A stretch of 63,244 bases of DNA, the filler included, from Perkinsus chesapeaki ATCC PRA-425 (lineage: Eukaryota; Protista; Perkinsozoa): NCBI GenBank assembly GCA_013115145.1. It is 6 parts of 6 records of this genome, joined end to end, with 100 filler letters (N's around TTAATTAATTAA, not from the genome) between each part and the next. Parts side by side here need not be neighbours in the genome. Positions count along the whole stretch, not along the records: positions 1 to 28,537 come from JAAPAO010000470.1; positions 28,638 to 42,647 come from JAAPAO010000765.1; 4 more parts are not named here. The stretch is one strand, 5' to 3'. Positions within the stretch are counted from its first letter, which is position 1, and the number at the start of each line of letters is the position of its first letter. This document shows, in pieces, positions 23,547 to 35,932 of this stretch. A program made the position numbers and the translations under genes. The notes below the pieces were generated by a model. It did not search any database. It saw only the letters and a list, made by a program, of their open reading frames with translations, and was not told the DNA's origin.

Positions 23547-23989
23547 TGGAAGGATTGAATGTCAAGACTAATGAGCTGCTAATATCCTCTTCAGATTCAG
23601 ATAGCGCTCAGCGACTCGGAAATCCACAAGATCTTCGCGCGCGTACAAGGAATGCCGCGGCCACCTCAATAAGTTTACAACCTTGGTTTTCGACTCAGAA
23701 CGACGCTAGGAAATTTAAATATTCAGGTTTTCGTTTTCCAAGCCAGGCAATTATAACCGGACTCCAGTTACTGGAGTTCACAGAAGCAGCTTGTCTGTGG
23801 AAAAGGAGTTCGAAAAGCCCCATTCCGCATAGGAACAGCCCCGTCTGCGCAAGGATGGGTGTGCATGCGTTCAAGATTTGCCGATCCTTCAACCCGTATT
23901 GGTGGCACTTATTATTAGTTCATGATAACAAGTATAGACCCAGAGTGTGCTATCTTTGCAACCTATCCTAATAGAGCTACCAGTCAGTC

Positions 23990-26900
23990 TTGTTCGTTTT
24001 TGCTTTCGTAATTGCTACTTGTTTTCTGTCGAGTCGCAATGTGTGGGACTTTAACAAAATACGGAAGCGAGTACAGGTAGCGTTTCGTAAAGCAAAAGCT
24101 ATAATGCATGGCTGGTAGTCAAACGATGTGCCGATCGTCGTAACTTCGGGGCCTTCAACAATTTCGGATCACCGGGCCGTATCGAACTGAGGAGCATGAG
24201 ATGAACCACAGCCATATAGCACGGCACGGTATAAGCCTACGGTTTCGTGGCCCTGGTCTTGTAGGTTCTCAACATGTCAGCAAACTTCTCGTGCGTTGTC
24301 GTGACCAGCCGTAACCCAGTGGGGTCGGATGCGAGATACTGAAAGAGTTATGACGACCACAAGATCAGTCTAAATTACATTATCTCCATGTGGTTTGCGA
24401 GGCCGCGTGAGGCGCTCGAAGCTACTAACAAATTTGGTGCGGGGGAGGTATCGCGGCCGCACCGTCGTCTCTGGCCAGAAAGTGCCTGTAGCCTTTGATG
24501 GAGTCAGTGCGAGTCGCCGTTGAGTCACATTCGTGCATCTCTTCTTCGAAAGCCGCCTCTTCAAGGTCATTGCGATGACACCACCGCCGTAGCTGGTCGG
24601 TCTTCAGCTGACCGAAAGAAATGCCAACAGTTTACATGATCAATGCTTCCCACCCTCTTATCGAAAGGCTCCGTGACATCTGTATTAGGTCGAAACCGAT
24701 AGTCAAATCTACGCTGAGATTCGGGCGACGGAAGCCAAAGACATTGGCAGCCTCGAGCAGCCTCTGGTAGAAGCGGGAAAACTCGCCCATACTCTGAGCA
24801 ACGCTTGAAAAGACCCACCTACGAATTCTTCTTCCGTGATGTCCTCCCTACTGCCGCAGACCTACGGACAAAATTTGACACAACTGCTGTGGCGCTGCTT
24901 AATCGAACAAGTTCCCTGCGATTCGCCACCGGCTCATCTCCGATAAGTTGTTACGTCACTGTAGCCTACGCACAGGGTAAGCACGTCGCACTCGAAGAGG
25001 TGTGCAGAAGGAACTCTCAGTATAGGCCACGGCTTGACGCGAGCAAGGTTTGCAACTTCAAGTGGTGCGCAAGAGCAAGTTTTGAAGTTGTCGAGAGAAG
25101 TGTTGCGAGGGCAACCTCGCAACAGGGGCAACCTCTGAGGTTGCCCTCAGACAAGGTTGCTTAGCAGCTATACTGAAGTTTGACTTATCAGTACATTAAC
25201 AGTGATACTTATTAATGCTCTTTATCATTCAGATGCATCAACATTGTCCACAGCATTAAGAATAAGTACTGCAGCCCTACCGGGTTGCAGTATTTGTGAT
25301 TATCTACATGTCAAACTATTCCAAGCGACGCTGCTAAGGTGATAATATAAACGATGAAAACCAAGTGGTGATGTGTGAAAGTGAAAGCGGCGCTTACGTC
25401 GATAACTTCTTGAATGACCGAGGCTAGCATCGCTTCCAGCTCGGCCGATATACCGTTCGCCTTGAGGACATCGAAGGCGTCTTCTAGGTCTGGAATGCAC
25501 CTAGTTCGAAAGTCTGTGAATGCGGATCATTTCTCGAGTGCTTACCCTTCTTCATCAACATCTAGAAGCAGAAAAAGAAGACGTGCGTTTTTGCTCGGAT
25601 TCGGCCGCCGACCGGCATCCATCCAGAAAGACAATTAACACTGCAGGTTCCGGCCATGCTATCGATTGACGCAACACAGAGCGCAATCTTTGATAAGAAA
25701 CAATCGATCACATCATAAGCTGCTCGGCTCGCCCGACAATACCATTGAACCTGTCGACAGGTAGCATAATGGCTCCCACCAGATTGCTAAGCCTACACGA
25801 AGGTATTGTTCAGTGGCATGAACTGATGAGTGAGCAACTTCACACCTTCTTGGGCAGCAACGCCCCCAATCACCGCGCTTATAGTATGCAGCTCACAACC
25901 TTCATAGCGACACTGAAGACATGATTATAAGAATCGCTTGCATAGAGGGACGTACAAGCTCCTGAGCCAGGCTCTCCCCGAGGACGTTCTCCTTCTCAGA
26001 AAGCTGAGGGATGAGACTGTTGGCGATGCTTGTGAGCTCGGTGACATCGTTTGGCCCTGGGTAGGCATCATTATGTTGCTGGCGAAATACCTCGAAACAA
26101 GTATCCAAGGTCGACGCGTGCACTTCTCACTTGAATGGCGCGCAGGCCAAGATAGAGTCGAACCTGCGACTCAGGGTCGTCGAGACTGCACGAAAGGTCG
26201 GAAACTTTCACTTCGTCGTTGAATCTAAGAACGAGCGTAACAGCAAAGAGAGTTCGTCTGGCGACCGACCTCCACTCCTCACCGACAGTTGTGTATTCAA
26301 TCAGACAGATATTCAAAGCGTTCTTGCAAACAAGCTCAATGTACTTCTCCGGGACGCCCTGAAACCCATACCGCCAGAGAGCAGCGATGCTCGCCCACCT
26401 TGCCAGACTGGGATAGAATGTTGCCGATTTCCTCTCGGTCGCGCTTGGCCTGGGCCTCGTAGACTTCCTGCATCCTAACGAACGTTGTAGTGTCCGATGT
26501 CATGTCCCCGACTACTCCACTGAGTGGTAGGTGGGAGCTATGGCGCTGAGTTAGAGAATCGTCAATCGCTCCTCGGATGGTTTTACCCTCGCGAACTCGC
26601 TAAGTGCTCTGGCGAGGATCCAGAAATTGGAGTTGTTGTCCCTGTAGTGTCCATTGGACTCTAAGAGAACATGCTCTACCTGAAAGGGTTTCACAAGGAT
26701 TTTCCGGGGAACAACCCGGCGTGGAGTTACTGCGAGTGACAACTGAAAGAGTTCCGAGAGTGCAACGCTTCTTCGGACTCGTCGGAAAGAAAAGTGCACA
26801 AAAGGCGTAGGATGGGTTTCGAATGGCTGCATACTGGCTGTGCTATCAGGCCGCAGAGGAGCGGAGTTTTAGCACCCCAAGGAGGCTGATTAAAGCTCAA

Positions 26901-28537
26901 GTTGGTTCAAACATCGTCTCACCTCGCGGGGAATCGAGTAGGGTTTGATTTTCCACACGAACTTGAGAGCTTCAGCGAAGTTCTCTTCCTGTGGCGATCG
27001 CCTGAGTGCAAAGCCAATAACCAACTGCTCTGAGTCCTATGCTACCGCCAGTCTGTTAGAATGTTTTTTATCGCTTGCCGGTCCTCGGCCGTTGAAGGCA
27101 GGGAATCAGGCGACCTAAGATGCCGAAGGCTGACTGTTCGAACCCGGGACTGTTTCCACTGGAGGCTCATACCGGCTATCCTGCCGTCGCCACACTGTGA
27201 GGGCTGCAATGAGGAGTAATACGTAAGGCACATGAGCATGCTCTGCGCCATCAAGCGCTTCAAGTTTTCCCCCTCGAGATCCGATGACCTAATGGACGCC
27301 CTATCAGCCGTATAGTCACCAAAGCTGCTACCTGCTCCGTGAAGGCCTCGAGCTCGGGGAACGGCTGTGATATCCGAAGGTCCACGCCGAAGTCGCCTAT
27401 AGGGGACAGTGGAAGCTGAGCGAAGCAGGAGATTACCTTCAGTGTCCTTTTTGGACTCGACAATGCAATGACTAGCGGAATAGGTACGTACACTACCGAC
27501 AAATCTGATAGAAAAACCGTAAAACCCACCATAAGATGTATGAGTACTACCCAACACTGTCAACAAGGAGCATCTGCGTGTTGGTCACTTTACACCATTC
27601 ATTAACCGCCTCTGCGACTCTACTGCCGCACTGGTGCATTGAGAGCAATACCAAATTAAAGGGAGGAGCGCTTCCCGGTGGAAGATTCAATAGCCGCTGG
27701 GTGACATACGTGCGAATGCTCTAAAAACAAGCCAGTTCTTCACGCACGTCTGCAGACGGATACCTCGACGATCGCAGTGCCGTTGACATCCGGGTTGAGC
27801 TCCAGCAGTAGATTGCAGATAGCCACCGCTCGCGGAATGCCCAGGTCCTCTCCTGTTAGAAAACAAACTCAATCAGCACTGGTGATTCCAATCCTTACTT
27901 CGGACAAAAAAGTTCTGACCTAGATCGCGCTCTGTTACCATAAGATCGTCCACTATAGTAAAATTGCCGACCCCGGGAAGGACCTGCTAGGCCATGCCGA
28001 GGAATACAAGGACCGCCGCCCTACCAGGTTCTTCAGTGTTTCGGATACAACTGCTGTTGAGCCAAGCGCGAGAATCTGACAGGGTAAGATGGCGGACGAT
28101 CGGTAATCTACGTTAAAGCCTTCTCGCTGTTATGTATAATGGTTGATGAAACTAGGTGAATATAGGGCAGGGATAGAGCCAGAGGGTTGCTTGGGATAGA
28201 GCCAGTTGAGAGCCAAAGAGCGGCTCTCCATTGAATGATTTCTAGTGTACCAGTAGCGTTGATGAAGGATATGTACACGAACGCAAGGTCGACCTAATTG
28301 GACGAATGAATGCCGCTACTCTTCGACTAGCATCTTAATATATTTTCCGGGTAATAGATTCGACGAGACCTTCTTTGAAATTCGAAGGGTTGAGCATGCT
28401 AGGCCATATGTAGCTGACTCTTCGCGTAATTTTGTCACGATCGGAAGCCAACACGTTCAAGACGTTTATATTCCATAGGATTGACACCCCAAAAGCCTCC
28501 GCATTACCTTTGACTCCATCAATGCTCGTTGACCATG
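23990..28537 (-). CDS. One or more multi-exon hypothetical genes, unresolved; truncated at gap
   Basis: Protein-like exon-sized open segments with splice-like ends: [33 protein letters not shown]|gtaag (~25400), [13 protein letters not shown]... (~26100), [16 protein letters not shown]... (~26750), [15 protein letters not shown]... (~27440). No family recognised. Confidence 0.3.
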
Positions 28538-28637
28538 NNNNNNNNNNNNNNNNNNNNNNNNNNNNNNNNNNNNNNNNNNNNTTAATTAATTAANNNNNNN
28601 NNNNNNNNNNNNNNNNNNNNNNNNNNNNNNNNNNNNN
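28538..28637. other. Assembly gap with artificial TTAATTAATTAA linker (same at 42648-42747, 48741-48840, 58781-58880, 60724-60823)
   Basis: Each is exactly 100 nt with the identical 12-mer in the middle (stop codons in all six frames). Linker-free gaps are at 8040-8136 and 54075-54168. Confidence 0.97.
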
Positions 28638-28840
28638 CGGGTTCCTTCCTTCTCATCATCTTAGTTTTTTACCCTCGTATACTTGTCTACTTTCGTTGTA
28701 AATCTTAACATACGAAGCTTTTGAGGATATGTTCGTAGTCATTATTGGCTGTGTTGAGTTCCAGTCTTTTTCAGTGTGTGTTTATAACATATTTGGCACA
28801 CAGCCGATTCGCACAAGCGCAGCGTTTCTCTAATTTCTCA

Positions 28841-30300
28841 ATGTCATCATACAGTGATCCATCAGCGACCTCCTCCGATGCTTATTCGACCTATGTCCTC
28901 TCGGTGCCGCTTTACGCCGAGGGTGCACCCTATCTAGGATCCCAGCTGGAGCAGATCTATGAAGCCCTCACATTTTATATTTACCAGAACGCTACTGAAC
29001 TGGCCATTCTAGCACTGACCCTCCTCGCTTTGTCACTTGTTATTGTATCGCTGTGCGTGGTTTTGAGAAGGCCGTCGAAAGGGCCCGTTGACGTGAAGGA
29101 CAAGCGTCCAACTCTGGCTCTCGGTGGGACCGGCCTAAGGATTGGCTATGAGTTTGGGTGCATAGCCGCTTTGCAGGACTATGTAGATTTAAGGTGCCCT
29201 TTTACTCTTTGAACTTCGCCTTCTCATAAGCGCATTTTAGTGACGTTCGTATTACAACCGTTTCGGGGTCCATCTTTGCCGGCCTCGTGCTCGCATCGCC
29301 CAAACTTGATATAGGCAGAATGATAAAGGCCCGTAAGTTTTAAAAGTAACTTGCAACCGCATCATGTTCGTGTTGTTCAGTTTTGAATGTTCGAGACCAG
29401 GTGATGAATGGCGAGCATGGCGGTTGTTATCTCATGGACCCTGACGGAACCGTTGCTCTTATAATAGAGGAGCTCCATAAAACAGGTGGACTAACTGAAG
29501 ATATTGTAAGCAGTCCGGTTAATGTGGTGATGGTATCTTGCTGCTGTCTAGCTGAAGGAGATATCTTCTGGAGACCTGCTCCGTATTGGCATTACTAGCT
29601 TCTGTCCGTGGCCTACTACAAGGTGTGTGAAGTGCCCTGACAACTTTGAGGACTTGCATAATGTTATGGCGGCTGCGATATGTATTCCTCCTTTCTTCAA
29701 CCGCTTTCCTAGATTTGAGGTGAGCGCTCCTCGGGGCTCCAGCTTTGTTATCGAAGCGAAGCTGCTATTCCTTCGCTTAGCCTAAGTTTCAACGGGCTCA
29801 AAGCACCAGAGCTTCAGCTATGTCAGGGGATAGTGCTAACAAATATATTATCAATGTATTGAAGTGCGTTCAATACGCTACTAGGCGCAAGACACTATTT
29901 CTCCCAATAGTTATCGTTCCGTCAGGGCCGCTTCGCCGCCGACGCAGCCTTCTCATCCTGGTTCGCCGTCCCTAATGATTCGTGTCCCGACAAAGTTGTG
30001 AAGCTAGCACCCTTCTTCATACCCTGGGCTCGATTCAGATCGGAGTTACTCTATACATACGGAGATGTATGCGAATGCATCTATCCCTTTGGTATCGACA
30101 GGCAGCTCAAGTCCTTCGCCAAAGGGTAGGCTGCTTCCGGGTTGGTGACGGAACTTGCTGCTCCCGTCAGGTATTCAAGGACCAAGAGCCAGCTGAGGAC
30201 TCCCGGTAGCTGGCAGAATGCGTTGGATCTATTGGAAGACCCAACTGATATGTTGAATTCCCGTATAGCGTCCATTCGGCGTGTTGTAGATAGGTCTTAG
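28841..30300 (+). CDS. Patatin-like phospholipase domain protein, paralogue 1, with N-terminal TM segment
   Basis: TM segment, then LALGGTGLRIGYEFG (Gly-rich loop), TTVSGSIF, MAAAICIPPFF, FAADAAFS. Exon-by-exon colinear with paralogue 2. Stop TAG ends at 30300. Confidence 0.72.
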
Positions 30301-30618
30301 ATTTATTGAGGTATATAGCCCACACACCATAAAGATATTAGCAGGTGCGATTGGCACCTCGACTGTTACATTCCGGTTAGCACCGTATCTTACTGCTCGT
30401 ATCAGCACATCAAGTGCATTAGCTCTTACTGTTATCTAGGTGCAAAAGCTCACACTTGTCTTCTGAGTGAATGGTTGTTGCACACATTCATTGACTTCTC
30501 TCTGAGAGCCGTAGTGTTGTGTTGTTACCTTTTCAGTATCCCCTAGCTCGGATCTTAATGTTGGAGTGTCGCTCCTCCTCCTCCTCCTCCTCTTTGCTGT
30601 GTAGTTCTGTTCTGCCCA

Positions 30619-32219
30619 ATGGGCATTTTTAATCTCATATGGAGCCAGCTTCTGGCGGCCAAACGCCGTCGTTCGATTGTCATTCTTCTCGGCGTTTACA
30701 TAACGTATAAACTAGTTAAGCAACTAAGGGCTAGCGCGCAGACTAAGCGCGTAGATCCCCGATTGACATTGGCACTGACCGGCAGTGGATCACGAATAGC
30801 TTATCATCTTGGTGTCTTGGCATGCCTGAAGGACCACGCCGATCTCAGGTGATTCTCATTATTATCGTTGTGGTGTTCGTTGGTATCTTGCCGTTTTCAG
30901 TAACGTGAGAATGTCTAGTATATCTGGCGGAGCTTGTATGTTACTTGTGCTGGCCCTGCAGCATGTGGAGGTGTCAGAGCTTATGCTTGTTGGTAGGGGG
31001 ACGGCAGCTTCACTGTTATGTTTGGGTGTTGTTGCTGCTAAGGTCTGCGTATAATGGAGAGGATGATGAAGAATAACGGCACTGGTGCGTATTTCCTGGA
31101 CCAGGAAGATGTGATGGATCAAGTTCTACGAGACCTGCGTGTTATGTGTCACATGGAAGATGACGATGTAGGCAGTGATCCCGCTCGGTGTGCTCGCGTG
31201 CAGCATACGCTATGGAGTTTTTACACTTTCTACTCTCCGATTGACCTGTCATCCTGTTGTGACTTTCTTCACTTTTTAAATGAATTAGGAGCCGTAGCGA
31301 TTGAGAAAGCTTCTTGGATTGGTCTGTCGATTGGTTGCAGTCTGCAAGCACAGTTGTTGTGTCGCCTGTACATTGTATCAATACTGTGACTAATATGGTC
31401 TCTAATAATTTGCTGTTATCCCCTTTTTATCATCAGGGAAGTGATGATGTCTGATGGTTGCAGGACCAGACATCATTTAATACGTTCAGATTGCTCGGCT
31501 TTCAAGGCAACATCGTGCTTATGTCGGTGTAACCACACTCATGCCATACCCAAAACACGCTAACATCTGCATACCGCGTACTCCCAAAGAGGCCCTGCTA
31601 ACTATGGCGGCATCAATGTGCATTCCTCCCTTCTTTAGAACATTCGGACGAGTCGAAGTAAGGGGCAATTTGTGGCCTGCTCGCTCTTTGCGGAGATGCT
31701 CGTGTCAGGGAAAGCTGGCAATTGACGGTTGTTTCTCTCGGTTGTACTCCCTACCGGACGATCACAACCCGTCTCGAGTTATTCGGATATGTCCGTTCCC
31801 GTGGCCTTTGTCAGACATTCGGCCACCCATCAAGGATCTCCCCCGTACGCTTTTTGAGGGCTTCGTGCCCCTTAGACTCGACTGGCAAATAAGTATCTTT
31901 CGCCAGGGGTGAGCTCATCGCAGTTTTGTATTGTCGAACAGCAGCAGCTTGAGTTAGATACAATAACGCCGAGGAGGTTCTCCCGAAACTCACTGGTCCA
32001 CCTTGGAACCTCCGAAAGCTAGATAACCCCCGAAACCGTCTCGAAGAACATATTGACAAATGCAACAAGTTAAAGAAGCGACTAGAGTATTTTGAAGATG
32101 ACGACCATGGCTTGAAAGAATCGTCTAGTTGTATCAGATTGAGGAAGAATCATAGGTCGGAGCTTAGATACCATACTTGGGCTGAGATACCCATCACAAC
32201 GACGGCTAATGGCGGTTGA
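30619..32219 (+). CDS. Patatin-like phospholipase domain protein, paralogue 2
   Basis: N-terminal TM, LALTGSGSRIAYHLGV, SSISGGAC, MAASMCIPPFF, LAIDGCFS. Stop TGA 32217-32219. Confidence 0.78.
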
Positions 32220-32366
32220 TAATCGTCCGCACTGTTTTGACACATCCGAAAGGTCCAAGTTGCGTTGATAATCGCTCTAAATGGCGGGCGCTTTAATTTC
32301 TGTGCGCGTGACGTATTTTAGCGGGGTCGCAAGATCAGTAATCTTTTCTCATTGTTACTGCTAGCT

Positions 32367-35300
32367 ATGTCTGGAGACCCCGCTAGTGTAGCTGATATGG
32401 ATGAGACCACAATGACGAGCAAAAGTATTCCTATTGATGAGGAGCTCCCCAACTTGGACGATGACATTGACCTTATGGATGAGGAATCTGTGAAGCCCTC
32501 GGCTGCGGCTGTTGCTGGTACGGGCGGGATTGTGTTGGAGACTGGAGACGCTGTCGATCTCGATGATAGTGTGATGGCGCCTATTGAAGAGGACGAAGAT
32601 ATCCCAGTTGACGTTAACGGTGAGGGTGCTGCTGCTGCAGGTGGGTCGACAGGGGAGCCTTCAACGAGCGAAGATGAGGAAGACGATGATAGTGACGATG
32701 AAGACTATGTTCCCGAGTCGGAGGAGAGCAGCTCTGGAGGTAGCCTGATAGAGGAAGACGATGGAGAAGGAGATGAAGATGAAGATGTTGTCGGAGTTCA
32801 GGAGCATCATCACCATCATAGCAAGGCAGAAGAAGAAGCTATGGACGCAAAGGCAATGGATGAGTTAGAAGCTGAAGATGATCAGGTGTCATTTATCGGT
32901 GGGATTGGTGGTCTCCCTGGTGGGAGCATGTTCCCAGCTTTACATAAGTTGGTGCTTCAAAACTCGATTGATGATATTACTGCTTATTTGAAGGAAACTG
33001 GCACTGAGTCGATGTATTATCAAGTTGACGGCCTAGGACGCTCACCTCTCCATCTTGCTTTACTTTACGGCTTAACACACTCTGCTAGAGCGCTCTTAGA
33101 GGCCGATGTTAACTACTGCGAGTCGGCCTTTGAGCGTCATGTGGCTAAGATCGAGGTTGAAGGCGTTGGTCATCTTAAAATTATTGATGGAAAAATAGTT
33201 GTAGTAGATTCGGAAAATTGTATTGTAGAAAGTAGCTTAGAAAATTTGAGTGAGAGTATTAGGTCAAAAATCGATTTATTAGAAAATAATAAATTTATTC
33301 GCAGCCTCGCTGCTAGACCCTTCGACGACCTCCCCACCGTCCACTTGGCAATGTCTGTTGCTCCTTTTGATGTTGACGGTGCTATCGATATGATTCGTCT
33401 ATTGGCTAATCATCCTGGTGTTGATATGAGTAATTGTCTTGATTATTATGGTCGTAATGTCCTTCACATCTGTGCCTTAAGTGGAGCAGGTGTAGCGTTA
33501 TATGATGCAATTACTAAGGGTATGTCAGAGGAACAAGTATATTCGCTTTTGTCACAGCGTGATCGATTTGGCTGGTGGCCGCTTCACTATGCCATAGACA
33601 ACAAGGATCCCTCGGGGCAAATGGTAGAATGTCTTTCAACTTCAGATCAATTGGTTGACCAGCAAATTGACGGCTTACATATATTCATCTTCGCCATACT
33701 GCACTATGCCTGGAGACAAGCCTTTCAGATAGCAGTCCTCATGGGTGGTCTCAGCGTTATGCCTGATGCTGTACTTGATCGTGCAGGATCGGTAGCAGAT
33801 GCGCATGGTACCACTGCTGAGTTCGACGAGTTAATAGCGGCTTTGGCTGCTGGTCAATCGGGCTTGGCTGAGGACTTTGAAGAACGAGCTCTCGGTGGTG
33901 GCAGTACTTTGGTGGTCACCGACTCGGGTGTTCTCAATCATATGGGCGTTGATCCCGAAGGTCCCCATGCAGTTGGAGATCTCCATAGTCGGCTCAAGCG
34001 CTTTACAAGGGTCGTAGAGAATCCATCCAGGGTTGAGGTTCTGACTGGTGGTGTCACTGGCTCTACCAGAGGAACTGTCCATCATCCGGAGTTCGCCTCG
34101 AAATTGTTCTTGGAGACTTCAGTGAGCGATTGCCCCATGGTCGATATCCTACGTGTTCATGATTGGAACTATGTAGAGCCTATCATCAGCAAGTGTGAAG
34201 CGTTAAGAAAGCAAGCAATTGCTGATGGTGAGACTAATATTAATCGTCGTACAATGCCTATTGATAAGACTGATACATCTGTAACAGTCGATTCATGGGC
34301 GGCAGCGAGGAAGGCAGCTGGCTGTGCTGTATTGGCTACTGATCAAGTCTGCTCTGGTACTGGTTACCGCAATGCGATGGCTATTATAAGGCCACCAGGT
34401 CATCATGTAGCCTCAAGAGGAGCAGTTAATCCCGAATTAGAGGATGAGGATGAAGAGGGCGATGGTTCACAGGGGTTCTGTCTCTTAAACAATGTGGCCA
34501 TTTCAGCAGCATATGCTCTGAGTAACTACAGATCAACCATTCAACGTGTTGCTATCGTTGATTTCGATGTTCATCACGGCAATGGTACTGAGGCCATTGT
34601 TAGAGGTCTTTCTGGTCCAGTTACTGTCCGTAAACAGATGAGAGTAGCTGGATGTGATATGACTATAACTAGGTCAAGTTTGATGCCTTGGGTTGATCCC
34701 TCTACAGATCGTGATAATGTATTCTTCGCCTCCGTGCATCGGTTTGATGGTCGTTTCTATCCAAGGAGCGGTCCTACCTCACGAGATGATGTAGAGATAA
34801 CAGCTCGAGGCAAAGGGCACATACCTTTCACCACAGATTATGCTGATGGTACTCAAGATGTGTTGTCTGATCATGGCCAAGCAGATCGCAATATCATGGA
34901 CGTCGGCTTGACCTCGGACTCTAAACCGGAAGATCTTCGCAAGGCCTTCACTGAGCGGATACTACCTGCACTAGTACAATTCTCGCCCGACTTGATCCTC
35001 ATCTCGGCCGGTTTTGATGCTCACTTGAGAGATCGCCTCGCCCAAGGTGAATGCGATTTCTCAGAAAGGGAGTTCTACTGGATGACCGAGCAGATCATGG
35101 CAGTAGCAGCACAGACAGCTGAGTGTCGTGTGGTGAGTGTTCTGGAAGGCGGCTACAATACAAAGGCCCAGTGGTTGAGTCCGTTGAGCCAAAGCGTTGC
35201 CGCTCATCTCCGGGCACTGATGACTGTTAATGCAAGGAAACCTGAAGTAGCATCTGATGGTGCTGCTGCTGTGGTGTTGGAATCGTCACCAGCCGATGAT

Positions 35301-35435
35301 CAACCCGATGGGGCTTCGGCTAATAAGCGGCCCATTGAAGACGAAGAAGAGCTTGAGCTCTTCGGTGAAGATGTTCCTGATGTCAAGCGACCGCGAGTGG
35401 AGATAGATTCGTCGCCTGGATTGCCTCCTCAATAG
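32367..35435 (+). CDS. Class II histone deacetylase with acidic N-terminus and ankyrin repeats, intronless
   Basis: Ankyrin-like GRSPLHLALLYG, GRNVLHICALSG, GWWPLHYAIDN. HDAC motifs RPPGHH, GFCLLNNVA, DFDVHHGNGT, SAGFDAH and LEGGYN all intact. Confidence 0.95.
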   Translation: MSGDPASVADMDETTMTSKSIPIDEELPNLDDDIDLMDEESVKPSAAAVAGTGGIVLETGDAVDLDDSVMAPIEEDEDIPVDVNGEGAAAAGGSTGEPSTSEDEEDDDSDDEDYVPESEESSSGGSLIEEDDGEGDEDEDVVGVQEHHHHHSKAEEEAMDAKAMDELEAEDDQVSFIGGIGGLPGGSMFPALHKLVLQNSIDDITAYLKETGTESMYYQVDGLGRSPLHLALLYGLTHSARALLEADVNYCESAFERHVAKIEVEGVGHLKIIDGKIVVVDSENCIVESSLENLSESIRSKIDLLENNKFIRSLAARPFDDLPTVHLAMSVAPFDVDGAIDMIRLLANHPGVDMSNCLDYYGRNVLHICALSGAGVALYDAITKGMSEEQVYSLLSQRDRFGWWPLHYAIDNKDPSGQMVECLSTSDQLVDQQIDGLHIFIFAILHYAWRQAFQIAVLMGGLSVMPDAVLDRAGSVADAHGTTAEFDELIAALAAGQSGLAEDFEERALGGGSTLVVTDSGVLNHMGVDPEGPHAVGDLHSRLKRFTRVVENPSRVEVLTGGVTGSTRGTVHHPEFASKLFLETSVSDCPMVDILRVHDWNYVEPIISKCEALRKQAIADGETNINRRTMPIDKTDTSVTVDSWAAARKAAGCAVLATDQVCSGTGYRNAMAIIRPPGHHVASRGAVNPELEDEDEEGDGSQGFCLLNNVAISAAYALSNYRSTIQRVAIVDFDVHHGNGTEAIVRGLSGPVTVRKQMRVAGCDMTITRSSLMPWVDPSTDRDNVFFASVHRFDGRFYPRSGPTSRDDVEITARGKGHIPFTTDYADGTQDVLSDHGQADRNIMDVGLTSDSKPEDLRKAFTERILPALVQFSPDLILISAGFDAHLRDRLAQGECDFSEREFYWMTEQIMAVAAQTAECRVVSVLEGGYNTKAQWLSPLSQSVAAHLRALMTVNARKPEVASDGAAAVVLESSPADDQPDGASANKRPIEDEEELELFGEDVPDVKRPRVEIDSSPGLPPQ

Positions 35436-35932
35436 TTGTAGTTATTATCATAAAAATAATATTTGATTGTGTATGCCTGTTTGTAGTTGCTGATGATGAT
35501 TTTGCTGCTGCTGTTGCTGCTGCTCTCACTGCTACTATTGATCTAGTAACCACCCTATTTAATTTTCCAGTGTATTTGAAGGATACAGTTATGATGAGAT
35601 TCTTATATGAAACATTACTGCTGATTCGACGATAGAGGTCTTCTGTGTGAAGTGTAGCATTTGATAGTATGATTGTTGTCTGTCCTTCTCAATAGCCTAA
35701 CAGCATCAGCATCAGCAGCATCAGCGTCAGCTCATCACTACTACTGCACCAATAGCAGGCATTGTAATATTATATCTCCACTTACGTCTTCTTTCTTAAC
35801 CATGAAAAAGGTCGCTTGACAGTTGCTGAGTGTGTTGTGTTATGGATACAGTCTGTCAATATTTCCTAGGACAACCGCGACGTAGGGGACAACTCTTCTG
35901 GCAGTCTTTGATCCCATCGAGCTGAGTTGGTG

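Noticed and set aside
28582-28593. TTAATTAATTAA motif recurring five times inside N-runs
   Set aside because: Centred in exactly 100-nt gaps with stops in all six frames; an assembly linker, not biology. Adjacency across these gaps is less certain.
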